NCBI RefSeq assembly: GCF_035605935.1 | Contig: NZ_DATNGK010000266.1 | Location: 24,688 to 88,687 of the forward strand | Reading direction: 5' to 3' | DNA length: 64,000 bases | Source: Actinocrinis sp. | Lineage (GTDB): Bacteria > Actinomycetota > Actinomycetes > Streptomycetales > Catenulisporaceae | Part shown: one piece after another, positions 1 through 9,419 of the stretch | Position numbering within the stretch: the stretch's first letter is position 1 | How the letters are laid out: each line of letters opens with the position of its first letter | Position numbers and translations under genes: made by a program | The notes under the pieces: generated by a model | What the model saw: only the letters and a program-made list of their open reading frames with translations | What the model was told of the DNA's origin: nothing | Database searches by the model: none

Positions 1-32
1 CGTCGGCAAAGGGGTCGGCCGCGGCAGCGCGG

Positions 33-1307
33 TCAGCAGCCGATGCGTGAGGTGCTGAGGGCGACGTCGTCGAACCACAGCGTGTCGTTGCCGTTGCTGT
101 AATTCTCCCAGCCGAGCTTGAGGTCGGTCAGGTTGGGCCGCCAGTTCGCTCCGGAACCGCCGAGCCATTGCGAGTCGATGTCCTGAGTCGGCACGCCGTC
201 TTCGGTCAGGCCGGGCACCAAGGTGCCGTTGTACCAGGTGTAGATCTGGCCGTTGGTCTTGCTCACCGAGAACTCAAGGCACTCCCACGCGCCGGTCGGC
301 ACGACCACGCTCTGCGCGACTCCGGCCGGGCTCTGCGCGGGCAGCGTCGCGTCGTCGGACTGCCGGTTCCACATCAGCGCGCCGTTTTGCGCGCCAAGCC
401 GCAGATCGGTGTTGCCGTCGGCGGAGTTGTTCATGGCCAGGAACGTGGTGTGGTTGGTCGGCAGCGGCGCGGTGTGCTTGAACCAGAACCGCACGTACCA
501 GGTCGGCGCGGCGAGCGGCATGTCCGTGGTGTCGTCGGCGAACACGTGGTTGCAGTACGTGCCGACGCCGTCGATCTCCAACGACTTGACTCCGCCGTGC
601 GCCTGCGCGCCGGTAATGGTCGCGGTGCCGCTGCCGGAGCAGTTGAGGTTGTTGATACTCCACCGGCCGGAGGGCACGCTGCCGACGGTCTGGTTCTCGA
701 AGCCGTCGCAGAACACTGTCGCGCTTGAGCAGCCGCCGCCCGAGTTGCCACTGGGGCTGGCGGAGGGACTGGCCGACGGGCTTGTCGAGGGACTGCTCGA
801 CGGGCTGGTGCTCGGGGTGGCACTGGGCGTCGGGCTGGCGCTACGACTCGCGCTCGCACTCGCGCTCGGCGACGATGAGGAACCACCCGCGCAGGACACG
901 CCGTTGAGGGCGAAGTCGGTGGGCGTCGCGTTGGTACCGGAGAAGGTCCCCTGGAAGCCGAAGCTCGCGGTGCCGCCGGTCGCGATCGAGCCGTTGTAGG
1001 ACAGGTTCACCGCTTTGACCGACTGGCCGGTCTGGGTGATCTGCGCGTTCCAGCCCGAAGTGATCTGCTGATTGCCAGCGAAGGTCCAGCTCAACGTCCA
1101 GCTGGTCACGGCGGCTGCGGTGTTGGTCAGCGTCACGTTCGCGGTGAACCCGCCTGACCACTGGTTGACCTGATAGGCGACGCTGCATGGACCGGCCGCG
1201 GCGCTCACACTGGGCGCCACCGCGACGACACTTGCCGCGACGGCGGCGGTCGCGACGGCCAGGGCGGCATCGCGCAGCCGGCGGGGCCGGCGCGGGAGAT
1301 AAACCAT
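33..1307 (-). CDS. Secreted carbohydrate-binding protein: signal peptide + CBM2 + Ser/Pro/Thr/Ala linker + C-terminal beta-sandwich-like domain of unclear activity
   Basis: The ORF 33..1415 was trimmed to the ATG at 1307 (MVYLPRRPRRL...AVAPSVSAAAG), which gives a signal peptide. The CBM2 signature is 'CSVAYQVNQWSGGFTANVTLTN...WTLSWTF...GWNA...FGFQG...NGVSC'. An SPSASAS/PTPS linker follows. The C-terminal ~230 aa have no motif I can name, so a Cip1/lyase-like fold is only a guess. Confidence 0.75.
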   Translation of the reverse strand: MVYLPRRPRRLRDAALAVATAAVAASVVAVAPSVSAAAGPCSVAYQVNQWSGGFTANVTLTNTAAAVTSWTLSWTFAGNQQITSGWNAQITQTGQSVKAVNLSYNGSIATGGTASFGFQGTFSGTNATPTDFALNGVSCAGGSSSSPSASASASRSASPTPSATPSTSPSSSPSTSPSASPSASPSGNSGGGCSSATVFCDGFENQTVGSVPSGRWSINNLNCSGSGTATITGAQAHGGVKSLEIDGVGTYCNHVFADDTTDMPLAAPTWYVRFWFKHTAPLPTNHTTFLAMNNSADGNTDLRLGAQNGALMWNRQSDDATLPAQSPAGVAQSVVVPTGAWECLEFSVSKTNGQIYTWYNGTLVPGLTEDGVPTQDIDSQWLGGSGANWRPNLTDLKLGWENYSNGNDTLWFDDVALSTSRIGC

Positions 1308-1428
1308 GGGCGCAGTATTCGGGCGGCCGGCTGAGCCGGGCAACCACGCGGCGCGGGCCGCGAGGAGAGATCGGCGGTGTCCTGCGCGGAGAGGCGCAAT
1401 CACCGTGATCGACACGGAAAGTTACATA

Positions 1429-2142
1429 TCAGACGGCTGAAGCGCTGCCGGGGGTGAGCCGGAACACGTAGTAGTCCACGCGCACGCCCTCCTTGACCAG
1501 ATCGCGGTGCGCGAGGACTTCAGTGTGCAGCCGGTGTTCGGCAATCAAGCCGCGTAGATAGCCGAGGTCACCGGAGGAGCCGAAGGCGATCAGCATGCGG
1601 CCCTCGGGAGCCAGATACCGGTGCGCCTCGCGGAAGAACGTGGTCATCGCGCGATAGTTCTCGTCGGTGCTGGCCGCCTCGAGTAGATCGCGCGGCGCGA
1701 ACCAGCGATACGGCGGGTCGAACACGATCAGGTCGAACTCGCCGTCGACCGCGCTGAACACGTCGCTCTCGCGGACCTCGACCCGGTCGGCGACCCCGTT
1801 GGCCTCGGCATTCTCGCGCGCCGCCGCGATCGCGACCGGGTTGATGTCCACCGCGAGCACCCTGCGCGCCGTGCCGGCCGCGAGGATCGCGTTGACGCCG
1901 CTGCCTGTGCCCATGTCGAGCACCCGATCCTCTTCCCTGACCTCGGCGAGCACCACATTGCCCAGAAGCTCGTGCATACCCGTGATCGGCATCACCTCGG
2001 GTGGAACGATCAGGGTCCGGCCGAGATAGTCGAAGGTCTGGCCGCCCGCTCCCTCGGCCTTCATCGCCTGATACGCGCTCAGGTGCCAGGCCCGGATGCG
2101 CTCTACCTGGTCAGCGGAGACGGTGGGGACGAAATCGGTCAC
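1429..2142 (-). CDS. Class I SAM-dependent methyltransferase (HemK/MTS-like, DPPY motif)
   Basis: It has the SAM-binding motif 'VLDMGTGSGVNAILAA', an acidic 'AVDINP' and the substrate motif 'LIVFDPPYRW'. It starts with GTG at 2142. The substrate is unknown. Confidence 0.7.
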   Translation of the reverse strand: MTDFVPTVSADQVERIRAWHLSAYQAMKAEGAGGQTFDYLGRTLIVPPEVMPITGMHELLGNVVLAEVREEDRVLDMGTGSGVNAILAAGTARRVLAVDINPVAIAAARENAEANGVADRVEVRESDVFSAVDGEFDLIVFDPPYRWFAPRDLLEAASTDENYRAMTTFFREAHRYLAPEGRMLIAFGSSGDLGYLRGLIAEHRLHTEVLAHRDLVKEGVRVDYYVFRLTPGSASAV

Positions 2143-2153
2143 CGCCGCAGCTT

Positions 2154-2314
2154 AGGGCGACCGAGGAATGGGGGGCGGATCAGCGAGCGGGTCGAGGGCC
2201 GAGTCTGGCAAGGCGGAGGAGGTAGGCGCAGCGGTGTTCTGCGTCGACCGACGACAACGCAGCCAGGCGAAGGCCATCGGCACGAGAGCCCGGCCCCCAT
2301 TCCTCGGTCGCCCT
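2154..2314. repeat. Long-range perfect 21-bp inverted repeat (arms 2154-2174 and 2294-2314) enclosing 119 nt
   Basis: AGGGCGACCGAGGAATGGGGG at 2154-2174 is the exact reverse complement of CCCCCATTCCTCGGTCGCCCT at 2294-2314. It lies in the divergent intergenic region between the methyltransferase (start 2142) and the CDS starting at 2392. CTTAGGG occurs as a direct repeat at both outer ends (2151-2157 and 2313-2319). Confidence 0.8.
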
Positions 2315-2391
2315 TAGGGTGGTATCCGGCGTGTCGCGACGGATAATCCGTTCAGGGCGGTGCGCTCAAGTAAGGCTCGGAAGGAAAACAG

Positions 2392-3003
2392 GTGTCACAG
2401 GCGCAAGACGGCCCAGTCAGCTGGGACCGTGAAGACCGGCTCGCGGAGGCGGTCGCCGAGCTCTCGCAGACCTGCGATGAGCTCGTCGGGCTGTCCACCG
2501 CGCTCTCGGCCATCGACCGGCAGGACCGGCTCGGGGATTCCGGCAGGTCCGTGGGGCGGCACGTGCTCGACGTGCTGACCAAGACCCGCCGCGAGCTATC
2601 AAAGCTGCGGTGCGTCGTGGAGGCCAGGGCGCTGGAGAACCTGGTCGTGCTCGCCCGGCTCGAAGTGCGCCGCCTGCACGAGATCACCCGCGGCGCGCGG
2701 CTGGAGTACAGCGATTTCAAGACCCTCAGCGCCCAAGGCGCGACGCGGGAAGCGGTCGAGGACCTCGTGCACCGGCCGGAAGCGATCACGCACGCGCAGA
2801 GCTATGTGGACTACGGGCACCGGGTGATCGAGCCGATGCTGCAACGGTTGCTGGACGAGACCAGCGCCAAGTACGACGACCTGGCCGTCGCCACGGCGGA
2901 GGGTGACGCGATGCCGGACCCGTCGCTGCTGTTCGAGCTGCGCGAGTACATCGTCGGTTTGCGCGACGCGCAGGAGCCGGATCATCTGACGAACCTGCTG
3001 TGA
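2392..3003 (+). CDS. Hypothetical protein (soluble, helical)
   Basis: It starts with GTG, preceded by GGAAGGAAAACAG (RBS). The composition is coding-like and the antisense ORFs look Arg-rich and artefactual. No motif was recognised. Confidence 0.6.
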   Translation: MSQAQDGPVSWDREDRLAEAVAELSQTCDELVGLSTALSAIDRQDRLGDSGRSVGRHVLDVLTKTRRELSKLRCVVEARALENLVVLARLEVRRLHEITRGARLEYSDFKTLSAQGATREAVEDLVHRPEAITHAQSYVDYGHRVIEPMLQRLLDETSAKYDDLAVATAEGDAMPDPSLLFELREYIVGLRDAQEPDHLTNLL

Positions 3004-3126
3004 CACGGCATCCGTGCCCCAGGCGGTGCCTGGCGCGCGCGAGTTTTCCGCGGATCGGACCGTTTGGGTCAGGCTCAGGGGGTACTGCGGGGCGGACCCT
3101 GGAGACGGACAGTGAGGAGAAACCCC

Positions 3127-3432
3127 GTGCTCGCAGTTACCCAAACGGCCGTGGGCGTCATCCACGACCTGACCACCCAGCCGGGCCTGCCCGACGGGAC
3201 CGGCCTGCGGATTGCCCCGCAGCCCGCGGACAACGGCGAAGGCCCCGCCTTCGCGCTCTCGTTGACGCAGACCCCGCAAGTGGCGGACGAGGTCATCGAG
3301 ACCCCGGACGCGCGGATCTACCTGGAGCCCGCGGTATCGCAGCTGCTCGACGACAAGGTGCTCGACGCGCGGATCGACGAGCAGGGCGAGATCGCCTTCA
3401 TGATCTCGCAGCAGCCGCCGCAAAGCGTGTAG
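3127..3432 (+). CDS. HesB/IscA-like (Fe-S cluster assembly scaffold-like) small protein lacking the C-terminal Cys motif
   Basis: GTG at 3127 follows GAGGAG (3112-3117). The sequence 'LAVTQTAVGVIHDLT...GLRI...FALSLTQTPQ..DEVIE..DARIYLEP..SQLLDDKVLDA' has the IscA/HesB layout, but the CGCG-type cysteines are not visible. Confidence 0.55.
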   Translation: MLAVTQTAVGVIHDLTTQPGLPDGTGLRIAPQPADNGEGPAFALSLTQTPQVADEVIETPDARIYLEPAVSQLLDDKVLDARIDEQGEIAFMISQQPPQSV

Positions 3433-3447
3433 CGCACTCAGAGCGGC

Positions 3448-3481
3448 AGTCCGCGTGGGCCTGAGGCGTCTGACGCGGACT
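3448..3481. terminator. Hairpin between convergent genes (9-bp stem AGTCCGCGT/ACGCGGACT, 16-nt loop)
   Basis: The inverted repeat was read directly. It lies between the stops at 3432 (+) and 3533 (-). Confidence 0.45.
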
Positions 3482-3532
3482 CATCTTGAGACGGGACTGT
3501 CGGTCTTCGGCGTCGGCTTGGTCAGGTGCGTG

Positions 3533-5032
3533 TCACTTGACGCCGGCGGCGGAGACCGACAGCGCGTCTTTGGTCAGCGCCTGCTGATCCGCCAGCGCGA
3601 TCGTCAGTTCCCCGGCCGCGGTCGGATGGAACGGCGCGGCGTCTTTGAGCCCTTGCACGTAGGACTGGCTGCTGCACAGTTCGTGACCGGCAAAGCTCGG
3701 GCGCACCGTGATGAATCCGAAGGTCTGGGCGCCATCCGCGAGCACCGTGTTGAGTGTCGTCAGACGTGATGAGAGCACCTTCGTCTTCGCGGGCGTGAAG
3801 CCGACGCTGCTCAGGCAGCTCAGGTTCGGCCCCAACGGGTCGAAGTATGTGTTGACCAGAACGCGCGGATGCTGCGGCAACGTGGCCAGGTCGTGCAGCA
3901 TCTCGTAGTACGCGCGAGTGAAATCGTGCAGGTTGCTCTGGAAGTAGGCGGTGGACGCCTGGTCGTCGCAGGCGGCGGCCATCACGCACAGCGCCTCGGT
4001 GGCGACCCACTTCAGATCGTTCGCGCCGATGCTCACCACGACCACCGAAGCGTGGTCCGCCTGCTCCAGAACGCCGATCTGCGGCGGTACGGTCAGCCCG
4101 CCGGTCAGCTGCGGGCCGAGAACACCCTCGCTCACGGTCGCGCCGCTGCACGCCAGATTCAGCACGTTCCAGCCGTTGGCTTGGGCCAAGTCCGCCGCAT
4201 AGGAGTCGGCGCTGCGGCCACAGGCCTTGTCCAGCGCCGAGGCGTGTGCGACCGGCGGGTTGCCGATCGCGGCCGCGGTCGAGTCGCCGATGACGACGGC
4301 CTGCACGCCCGGAAGGTGCGCACCGGCCGCATTCGGGGCGGCCGGGCCGAGCGCGCTGTCACCGACCAGATCGCTGAGCGACTTGACCTGCCGCAACGTG
4401 CTGGGCGCCCCGGTGGCGAAGGCGGCGACCGCGCCGACGTTCGCCGCGACCGCGACCAGCGTCCCGGTCACCACGACCTTGAGCATTCTGCGGTGGGTGT
4501 AGTGGCGCAGGCCCGAGAAGGCGAGCAGCAACAGGACCGCGAACCCGGCCGTTACCGCCGTCTGCCAGAGGAAGTAGTGCTCCCAGCCGCTGACCAGGCT
4601 CGCGGCCAGCCGGCTTTGCGCGCTGGCGCCGCCGTGGTCCGCGGAGGTCTGCACGAACTGGGTGAGCTGGCTGTCGATGGTGATGTGGGTGAGTTCGAGC
4701 TTCGGCCGGATCAGGCCGCTGAACTCCAGGGTCGTGGGCACGGACTGGCCGAAGAGGTCCATTTCGCCCGGACCGGACAAAGCCAGGTGCGGTGAGGTCG
4801 CGCCGACCTTCAGGGTCTGGCCCGCGGCCGAGACCGACTGTGCGGGCGTCACCAGCAACGCCAGCCAGGCCGCCACCGCGGCGACGAGCAGCAGGGCGAG
4901 GGAGACGGTGGTGGCGCGGCGGGTGCGGCCCCAGAACCCGCGGCTGCGCAGGATGCGGCTGACGAGGTTGGCTGGAGGCCGTTCGAAGATGCGCCGCGAG
5001 AGGTTGCTGTGGCTCAAGAGACTCCGGTTCAC
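3533..5032 (-). CDS. Membrane-anchored SGNH/GDSL hydrolase
   Basis: The N-terminal and central regions carry TM helices ([21 protein letters not shown]; [12 protein letters not shown]; [21 protein letters not shown]). SGNH blocks follow: 'VVIGDSTAA', 'LACSGATV' and '[10 protein letters not shown]'. Confidence 0.75.
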   Translation of the reverse strand: MNRSLLSHSNLSRRIFERPPANLVSRILRSRGFWGRTRRATTVSLALLLVAAVAAWLALLVTPAQSVSAAGQTLKVGATSPHLALSGPGEMDLFGQSVPTTLEFSGLIRPKLELTHITIDSQLTQFVQTSADHGGASAQSRLAASLVSGWEHYFLWQTAVTAGFAVLLLLAFSGLRHYTHRRMLKVVVTGTLVAVAANVGAVAAFATGAPSTLRQVKSLSDLVGDSALGPAAPNAAGAHLPGVQAVVIGDSTAAAIGNPPVAHASALDKACGRSADSYAADLAQANGWNVLNLACSGATVSEGVLGPQLTGGLTVPPQIGVLEQADHASVVVVSIGANDLKWVATEALCVMAAACDDQASTAYFQSNLHDFTRAYYEMLHDLATLPQHPRVLVNTYFDPLGPNLSCLSSVGFTPAKTKVLSSRLTTLNTVLADGAQTFGFITVRPSFAGHELCSSQSYVQGLKDAAPFHPTAAGELTIALADQQALTKDALSVSAAGVK

Positions 5033-5174
5033 ACACGAATCAGCACAGGACGCTCATCATCTCATAGGACGATCCAAAAGCGGACTATTGTGCGAAGCTC
5101 GCCGCGCTGCTCGCGCTTCCACTGCCCGCCGCCCCGGCGGCCTGCCGGCCCGATCTCTCGGCCACAATGGACCA

Positions 5175-6224
5175 ATGTCGATCTCCGCCGGAGCCTCCGC
5201 AGCAAGCCGCGCGGCCGCCGCAGGCTCGTCCTCCGCGCCAGCGGGCACCGTGCGCCGTGGCGAGGGCTCGCCCTACGTCGATCTCGATCGAGCGGCCTGG
5301 AGCGCGTTAGGCGAACGCACGCCCTTGCCGCTCACCGCAATTGAGGTCGAGCAGTTACGCGGTTTGGGCGACATGATCGACCTGGACGAGGTACGGGAGA
5401 TGTACCTTCCGATCTCCCGGCTGCTCAACCTCTACGTCGCCGCAGTACACGGTCTGCGCGGTGCCTTGGACACGTTCCTCGGTGCGGGCACGGACGAGAA
5501 AGACGACGACGGCGACGCGGCGAGCCGCACGCCCTTCGTCATCGGGATCGCGGGCAGCGTCGCGGTCGGCAAGTCGACCACCGCACGCCTGCTCCAGGCG
5601 TTGCTGGCGCGTTGGCCGGAGCACCCGCGCGTGGAACTAGTGACCACCGACGGCTTCCTGTTCCCCAACGCCGAACTGGAGCGGCGTGGCCTGATGGCGC
5701 GTAAGGGCTTCCCCGAGTCCTACGACCGCCGGGCGCTGACCCGCTTCGTGGCTGACGTGAAGTCAGGCAGGCCGGAGGTCAGCGCGCCGGTGTACTCGCA
5801 CCTGGTGTATGACATCGTGCCCGACGAGCGGCTGACGGTGCGCCGCCCGGACATCCTCATCGTCGAGGGTCTCAATGTGCTGCAACCAGCTGCCCTCGGC
5901 ACCGACGGCCGCATCCGCATGGGCCTGGCCGACTACTTCGACTTCAGCATCTACGTCGACGCGCGCACCGATGACATCGAACGCTGGTACCTCGACCGGT
6001 TCGCGCAGCTGCGCGCCACCGCGTTCACCGACCCTGACTCGTACTTCCGCCGCTTCGCCGCGCTCTCCGAGCAGGAGGCCTTGGCGCAGGCGCGCACCTT
6101 CTGGCAGCGCATCAACCTGCCGAATCTTGTGGAGAACGTGCTGCCGACCCGGCGGCGCGCGACGCTCGTGCTGCGTAAGGGGCCTGATCACAGTATCGAA
6201 CGAGTGTGGCTGCGCAAGCTGTGA
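5175..6224 (+). CDS. coaA: Type I pantothenate kinase
   Basis: It has the P-loop '[18 protein letters not shown]' plus '[10 protein letters not shown]', 'RKGFPESYD' and '[11 protein letters not shown]'. The ORF 4662..6224 was trimmed to the in-frame ATG at 5175, because the upstream part is antisense to the SGNH gene. Confidence 0.9.
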   Translation: MSISAGASAASRAAAAGSSSAPAGTVRRGEGSPYVDLDRAAWSALGERTPLPLTAIEVEQLRGLGDMIDLDEVREMYLPISRLLNLYVAAVHGLRGALDTFLGAGTDEKDDDGDAASRTPFVIGIAGSVAVGKSTTARLLQALLARWPEHPRVELVTTDGFLFPNAELERRGLMARKGFPESYDRRALTRFVADVKSGRPEVSAPVYSHLVYDIVPDERLTVRRPDILIVEGLNVLQPAALGTDGRIRMGLADYFDFSIYVDARTDDIERWYLDRFAQLRATAFTDPDSYFRRFAALSEQEALAQARTFWQRINLPNLVENVLPTRRRATLVLRKGPDHSIERVWLRKL

Positions 6225-6303
6225 GCTGATCCGTTTCGAATCGCGGTCGCGGGTAGGCGGGAGCAAATACAGAAAAAGGACCGCGATTGTGGAAGAAGGG
6301 ACC

Positions 6304-6723
6304 ATGCAGACGAAGATCGCCGACGTGATGAGCCCCGTCCCGGTGACGCTGCCGCTGACCGCCCCGATGCGCTCCGCCGCCACGCTGATGCGGGACACGA
6401 ACATCGGCGCCGTGCTGGTGGTGGACGGAGACGAGCTGCTCGGCATCGTCACCGACCGCGACCTGGTGGTGCGCGGGATGGCCGAGGGCGCCGACCCGGA
6501 CATCGCGTCGATCGCCGAGGTGACCACCGCCTCCCCGATCACCCTGGCGCCGGACGACGACCCAGCCGAGGCGGCCGCCCTCATGCGCCGGCACGGCATC
6601 CGGCGCGTCCCGGTAGTGGATCGGGGCACCGCGGTCGGCATCGTGTCGCTGGGTGACCTGGCCAAGGACCGGGACGACACCTCGGTGCTCGCCGACATCA
6701 GTGCGCAACCGCCGACCGGCTGA
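6304..6723 (+). CDS. CBS domain pair protein
   Basis: 'MQTKIADVMSPVPVTL...LGIVTDRDLVVR...VMT..PITL..DD...A..LM..HGIRRVPVVD...VGIVSLGDL' shows two CBS repeats. The ATG at 6304 lies within ORF 5875..6723. Confidence 0.85.
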   Translation: MQTKIADVMSPVPVTLPLTAPMRSAATLMRDTNIGAVLVVDGDELLGIVTDRDLVVRGMAEGADPDIASIAEVTTASPITLAPDDDPAEAAALMRRHGIRRVPVVDRGTAVGIVSLGDLAKDRDDTSVLADISAQPPTG

Positions 6724-6761
6724 CGGGTGCGGCGCAGTCGGCCGCTACCCGCGCGCAACGT

Positions 6762-6798
6762 ATCGGCGGCGTGACACAACCTGTGTCACGCCGCCGAT
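6762..6798. terminator. Perfect 17-bp stem hairpin (ATCGGCGGCGTGACACA / TGTGTCACGCCGCCGAT, 3-nt loop), likely a bidirectional terminator
   Basis: Read directly. It lies between the convergent CBS gene (stop 6723) and STAS gene (stop 6862). Confidence 0.6.
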
Positions 6799-6861
6799 TC
6801 GTGTGCCGGTGACTGTGAACTGCGAGCCGCCCTGTTGTCCAGTTCAACTGGACACCGCTGG

Positions 6862-7200
6862 TCAGCCCGCGAGCGCGCTCGGCACGTCATCGCGCATCTG
6901 GAGATAGCCGGCCGCGCCGGCCAGGTCCAGCACGCGCTGCACCGCCTGCTGCGGAGCGACGATCCGGAACACCGCGCCCTCGCTCTCCGCACGCTTGTGC
7001 GCCTGCAGCAGGATCCGCAGGCCGCTGGAATCGAGGAACGTCATATCCGTCCCGTCCAGCACCACGAGCGTGCCGGGAAGCAGCAGCGGCTCGAGCGTCT
7101 CCCACAGCTGATCCGCGGCCGCCAGGTCCAGCTCGCCGCGCGCGGTCACCACCCGGCCGCCTTCTTCGGCTGGCCCGACGCCGACCTCGAAACGCTCCAT
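6862..7200 (-). CDS. STAS-domain anti-sigma-factor antagonist (SpoIIAA/RsbV-like)
   Basis: The 112-aa protein reads 'VTARGELDLAAADQLWETL....LVVLDGTDMTFLDSSGLRILL', a typical STAS sequence with the phosphorylatable DSSG. Confidence 0.8.
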   Translation of the reverse strand: MERFEVGVGPAEEGGRVVTARGELDLAAADQLWETLEPLLLPGTLVVLDGTDMTFLDSSGLRILLQAHKRAESEGAVFRIVAPQQAVQRVLDLAGAAGYLQMRDDVPSALAG

Positions 7201-7347
7201 GGAAGCTCCATTATATTGCTGTAAGAGTCCTGTTGCCCCTTCGGTCCCACCTTATCGCTGATTCGGACGCATGCGAAGGGAGCCCGGACTATGCCCGGGC
7301 TCCCGACTCGCAAACGCCTCCCGCCAGCTGAGTCGAACGAACCTTCC

Positions 7348-8898
7348 CTAGCCGGACTGCGCGGTCCCGGTGGGCCGGATGGTCGGCGTGCGCGTCGTGA
7401 TGGCGGTGGACGCCGCCGCCGTCGCCTGCCGCACCAGCGAGAGCGGGCGGGCGATGCTCTCCAGCGACTGGCGTTCCGCCGCGATGCCGAGCGCCAGTTC
7501 GACCAGCCCGCCGACGACCATCACCGCGGCGCCGATCAGATAGCCGATGAACAGCATGTTCCGGTTGGAGCCGTTGCCGATCAGGTGGCCGTAGAAGACC
7601 GGGCCGAGAGCGCCGAAGCACTGCGCGATGGCGAAGAAGACCGCGATGGCCTGCGCCCGCACCTCCAGCGGGAAGATCTCGCTGACCGTCAGATACGCGG
7701 CGCTCGCCCCGCTCGAGGCGAAGAAGAAGATGACGCACCAGGCGATCGTCTGCGTCGTCGCGGTGAGCACGCCGGAGCGGAACAGCTCCGCGGTGATGGC
7801 CAGCAGCACGCCGGAGAGCAGGTAGGTCGCGCTGATCATCTGCTTGCGTCCGATGGTGTCGAACAGCCGCCCGATGGTCAGCGGCCCGGCCAGGTTCCCG
7901 ACCGCGAAGGCGATGAGGAACCAGGGCGCCGCATTCGCCGCGACCCCGTAGAACTTGGTCAGCACCAGCGTGTAGGTGAAGAAAATCGCGTTGTACAGGA
8001 AGGACTGACTGATCATCAGACTCGCGCCGAGTACCGAACGCTTCGGGTACTCGGAGAACAGGACTTTGACAAGCGCGAGGTATCCGGTGCGCTCGACCGG
8101 CTCGATCTCCATGAGCCGGTCCTGCGGCACCCGCTCCAACTGCCCGCCGCGGCGCGCGACCTCGTCCTCGATCGCGCGGATCGACGCCTCAGCCTCGGCC
8201 TCCCGGCCGTGCATCACCAGCCAGCGCGGGCTCTCCGGCAGGTTGCGCCGCACGAAGATCACCACGACCGCCAGCACCGGACCGACCAGGAAGCCGAGCC
8301 GCCAGCCGACGCTCTCGGAAAGCACGTTCAGCAGGAACAGCGAAGCGAGCGTGCCGAGGATCGCGCCGCCCCAGTAGGTTCCGTTGACCGCGATGTCGAC
8401 CCGGCCGCGGTGCCTGGCCGGGATCATCTCGTCGATCGCGGAGTTGATCGCGGCGTACTCGCCGCCGATGCCGGTACCGGCGATGAACCGGGTGAGGTAC
8501 AGGAAGCCGACCCAAGCCCAGCCCGACCCGAGCGTCAACGCGGTCAGGCCGCTGCCGACGAGGTAGACGGCCAGCGTCACCATGAACAGGTTGCGCCGGC
8601 CCAGCTTGTCGGAGAGACGGCCGAAGCCGAGCGCACCGACGACCTCGCCGGCCAGGTACACCGTCGCGATCGCGCCGACCGCGGTCGACGACATGCCGAG
8701 GGTCTGCTTCGTACTGAGCACGCCCGCGACCGCGCTGGCCACGGTGATCTCCAGACCGTCCAGGACCCACGCCACACCCAGCGCAATCACGAGCCGGGTG
8801 TGGAAACGAGACCAGGGCAGCCGGTCGATCCTGGCTGGGATCAGCGTTCGGATCCGCGCTGGTTGCGAGGGTGAGCCGTCAACATCGATGGCCGACAT
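7348..8898 (-). CDS. MFS transporter (sugar-porter/metabolite:H+ symporter-like, 12 TM)
   Basis: Motifs include 'RLPWSRFH..LVIALGVAWVLDGLE', 'GRLSDKLGRRNLF' (MFS motif A) and 'PESPRWL'. The start was set at the ATG at 8898, which follows GGAGG (ATGGAGGTACGTATG). The longer ORF reaching 9183 is not supported. Confidence 0.85.
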   Translation of the reverse strand: MSAIDVDGSPSQPARIRTLIPARIDRLPWSRFHTRLVIALGVAWVLDGLEITVASAVAGVLSTKQTLGMSSTAVGAIATVYLAGEVVGALGFGRLSDKLGRRNLFMVTLAVYLVGSGLTALTLGSGWAWVGFLYLTRFIAGTGIGGEYAAINSAIDEMIPARHRGRVDIAVNGTYWGGAILGTLASLFLLNVLSESVGWRLGFLVGPVLAVVVIFVRRNLPESPRWLVMHGREAEAEASIRAIEDEVARRGGQLERVPQDRLMEIEPVERTGYLALVKVLFSEYPKRSVLGASLMISQSFLYNAIFFTYTLVLTKFYGVAANAAPWFLIAFAVGNLAGPLTIGRLFDTIGRKQMISATYLLSGVLLAITAELFRSGVLTATTQTIAWCVIFFFASSGASAAYLTVSEIFPLEVRAQAIAVFFAIAQCFGALGPVFYGHLIGNGSNRNMLFIGYLIGAAVMVVGGLVELALGIAAERQSLESIARPLSLVRQATAAASTAITTRTPTIRPTGTAQSG

Positions 8899-9061
8899 AC
8901 GTACCTCCATTCGAAACCCCGGTGCCGGATAACCGGCGCAGCGGTGGGGCAAACGGCGGTGTCGCACTGCGTGATCGAGCCCCGCGTAAGAACCGGTCGG
9001 CCGGGTACTCGGCGCTATCGGTTCCGCGAGACGGAACTCGTATCCGGACTTAGGGAGAGCC

Positions 9062-9295
9062 ATGTCGATCGGGGCGAGCATCACGGTGGTCGCAGTCGGC
9101 GCGATTCTCAGCTTCGCCACGCACGTGCACAGCTCGGGCTTCAGTGTGATCGCGATGGGCGGGGTGCTCATGGTGGTCGGCATCGTCGCGCTGTGCCTTC
9201 AGATCGCGGCCTTGCACCGGCAGCGCCAGATGACCGCGGCGGAGGTCCAGCCGCCGGAGCGGACCGTCGTCGTGCGGCCGCCGTCGGAGTACTAA
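9062..9295 (+). CDS. Small two-TM membrane protein
   Basis: The 77-aa protein has two hydrophobic helices (ITVVAVGAILSFA; VIAMGGVLMVVGIVALCLQIA). GGGAGAG precedes the ATG. Confidence 0.55.
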   Translation: MSIGASITVVAVGAILSFATHVHSSGFSVIAMGGVLMVVGIVALCLQIAALHRQRQMTAAEVQPPERTVVVRPPSEY

Positions 9296-9419
9296 GCCGA
9301 GGGAGTACTGAGCCGCCGACAACGTAACGCAGGACACCTGGTTGCAGCGCATTTTCCACCGCCGACGGGGTACACAAGACCGACAAACACGCACGTTGCA
9401 GTCAGTGCGGAGGCGGGCT

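Noticed and set aside
2151-2319. Calling the long inverted repeat a mobile element (MITE) outright.
   Set aside because: No transposase is present and no clean target-site duplication is visible, since the CTTAGGG direct repeat overlaps the arms. Copy number in the genome is unknown. I kept it as a repeat and a finding only.
4662-5174. The N-terminal 171 codons of the long ORF containing coaA, and the analogous upstream extensions of the ORFs at 28611, 44901, 58006, 5875, 9183, 12203, 31702 and 43407.
   Set aside because: The extensions run antisense through neighbouring genes or intergenic DNA and have no homologue-like sequence. Internal starts with an RBS, a signal peptide or homologue-consistent N-termini exist.
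7291-8874. A 527-aa plus-strand ORF fully overlapping the MFS transporter gene.
   Set aside because: It is extremely Arg/Asp/Gly/Pro-rich with no motifs and lies antisense to a gene with clear MFS signatures. This is the typical high-GC shadow ORF. The same reasoning rejects 9942..11939, 15978..17306, 17322..18044, 18627..20117, 20726..22453, 22613..24835, 41461..43305, 48266..50122, 50349..51635, 54741..55901, 56613..57668, 58513..59307, 60254..61465 and 62793..63944.
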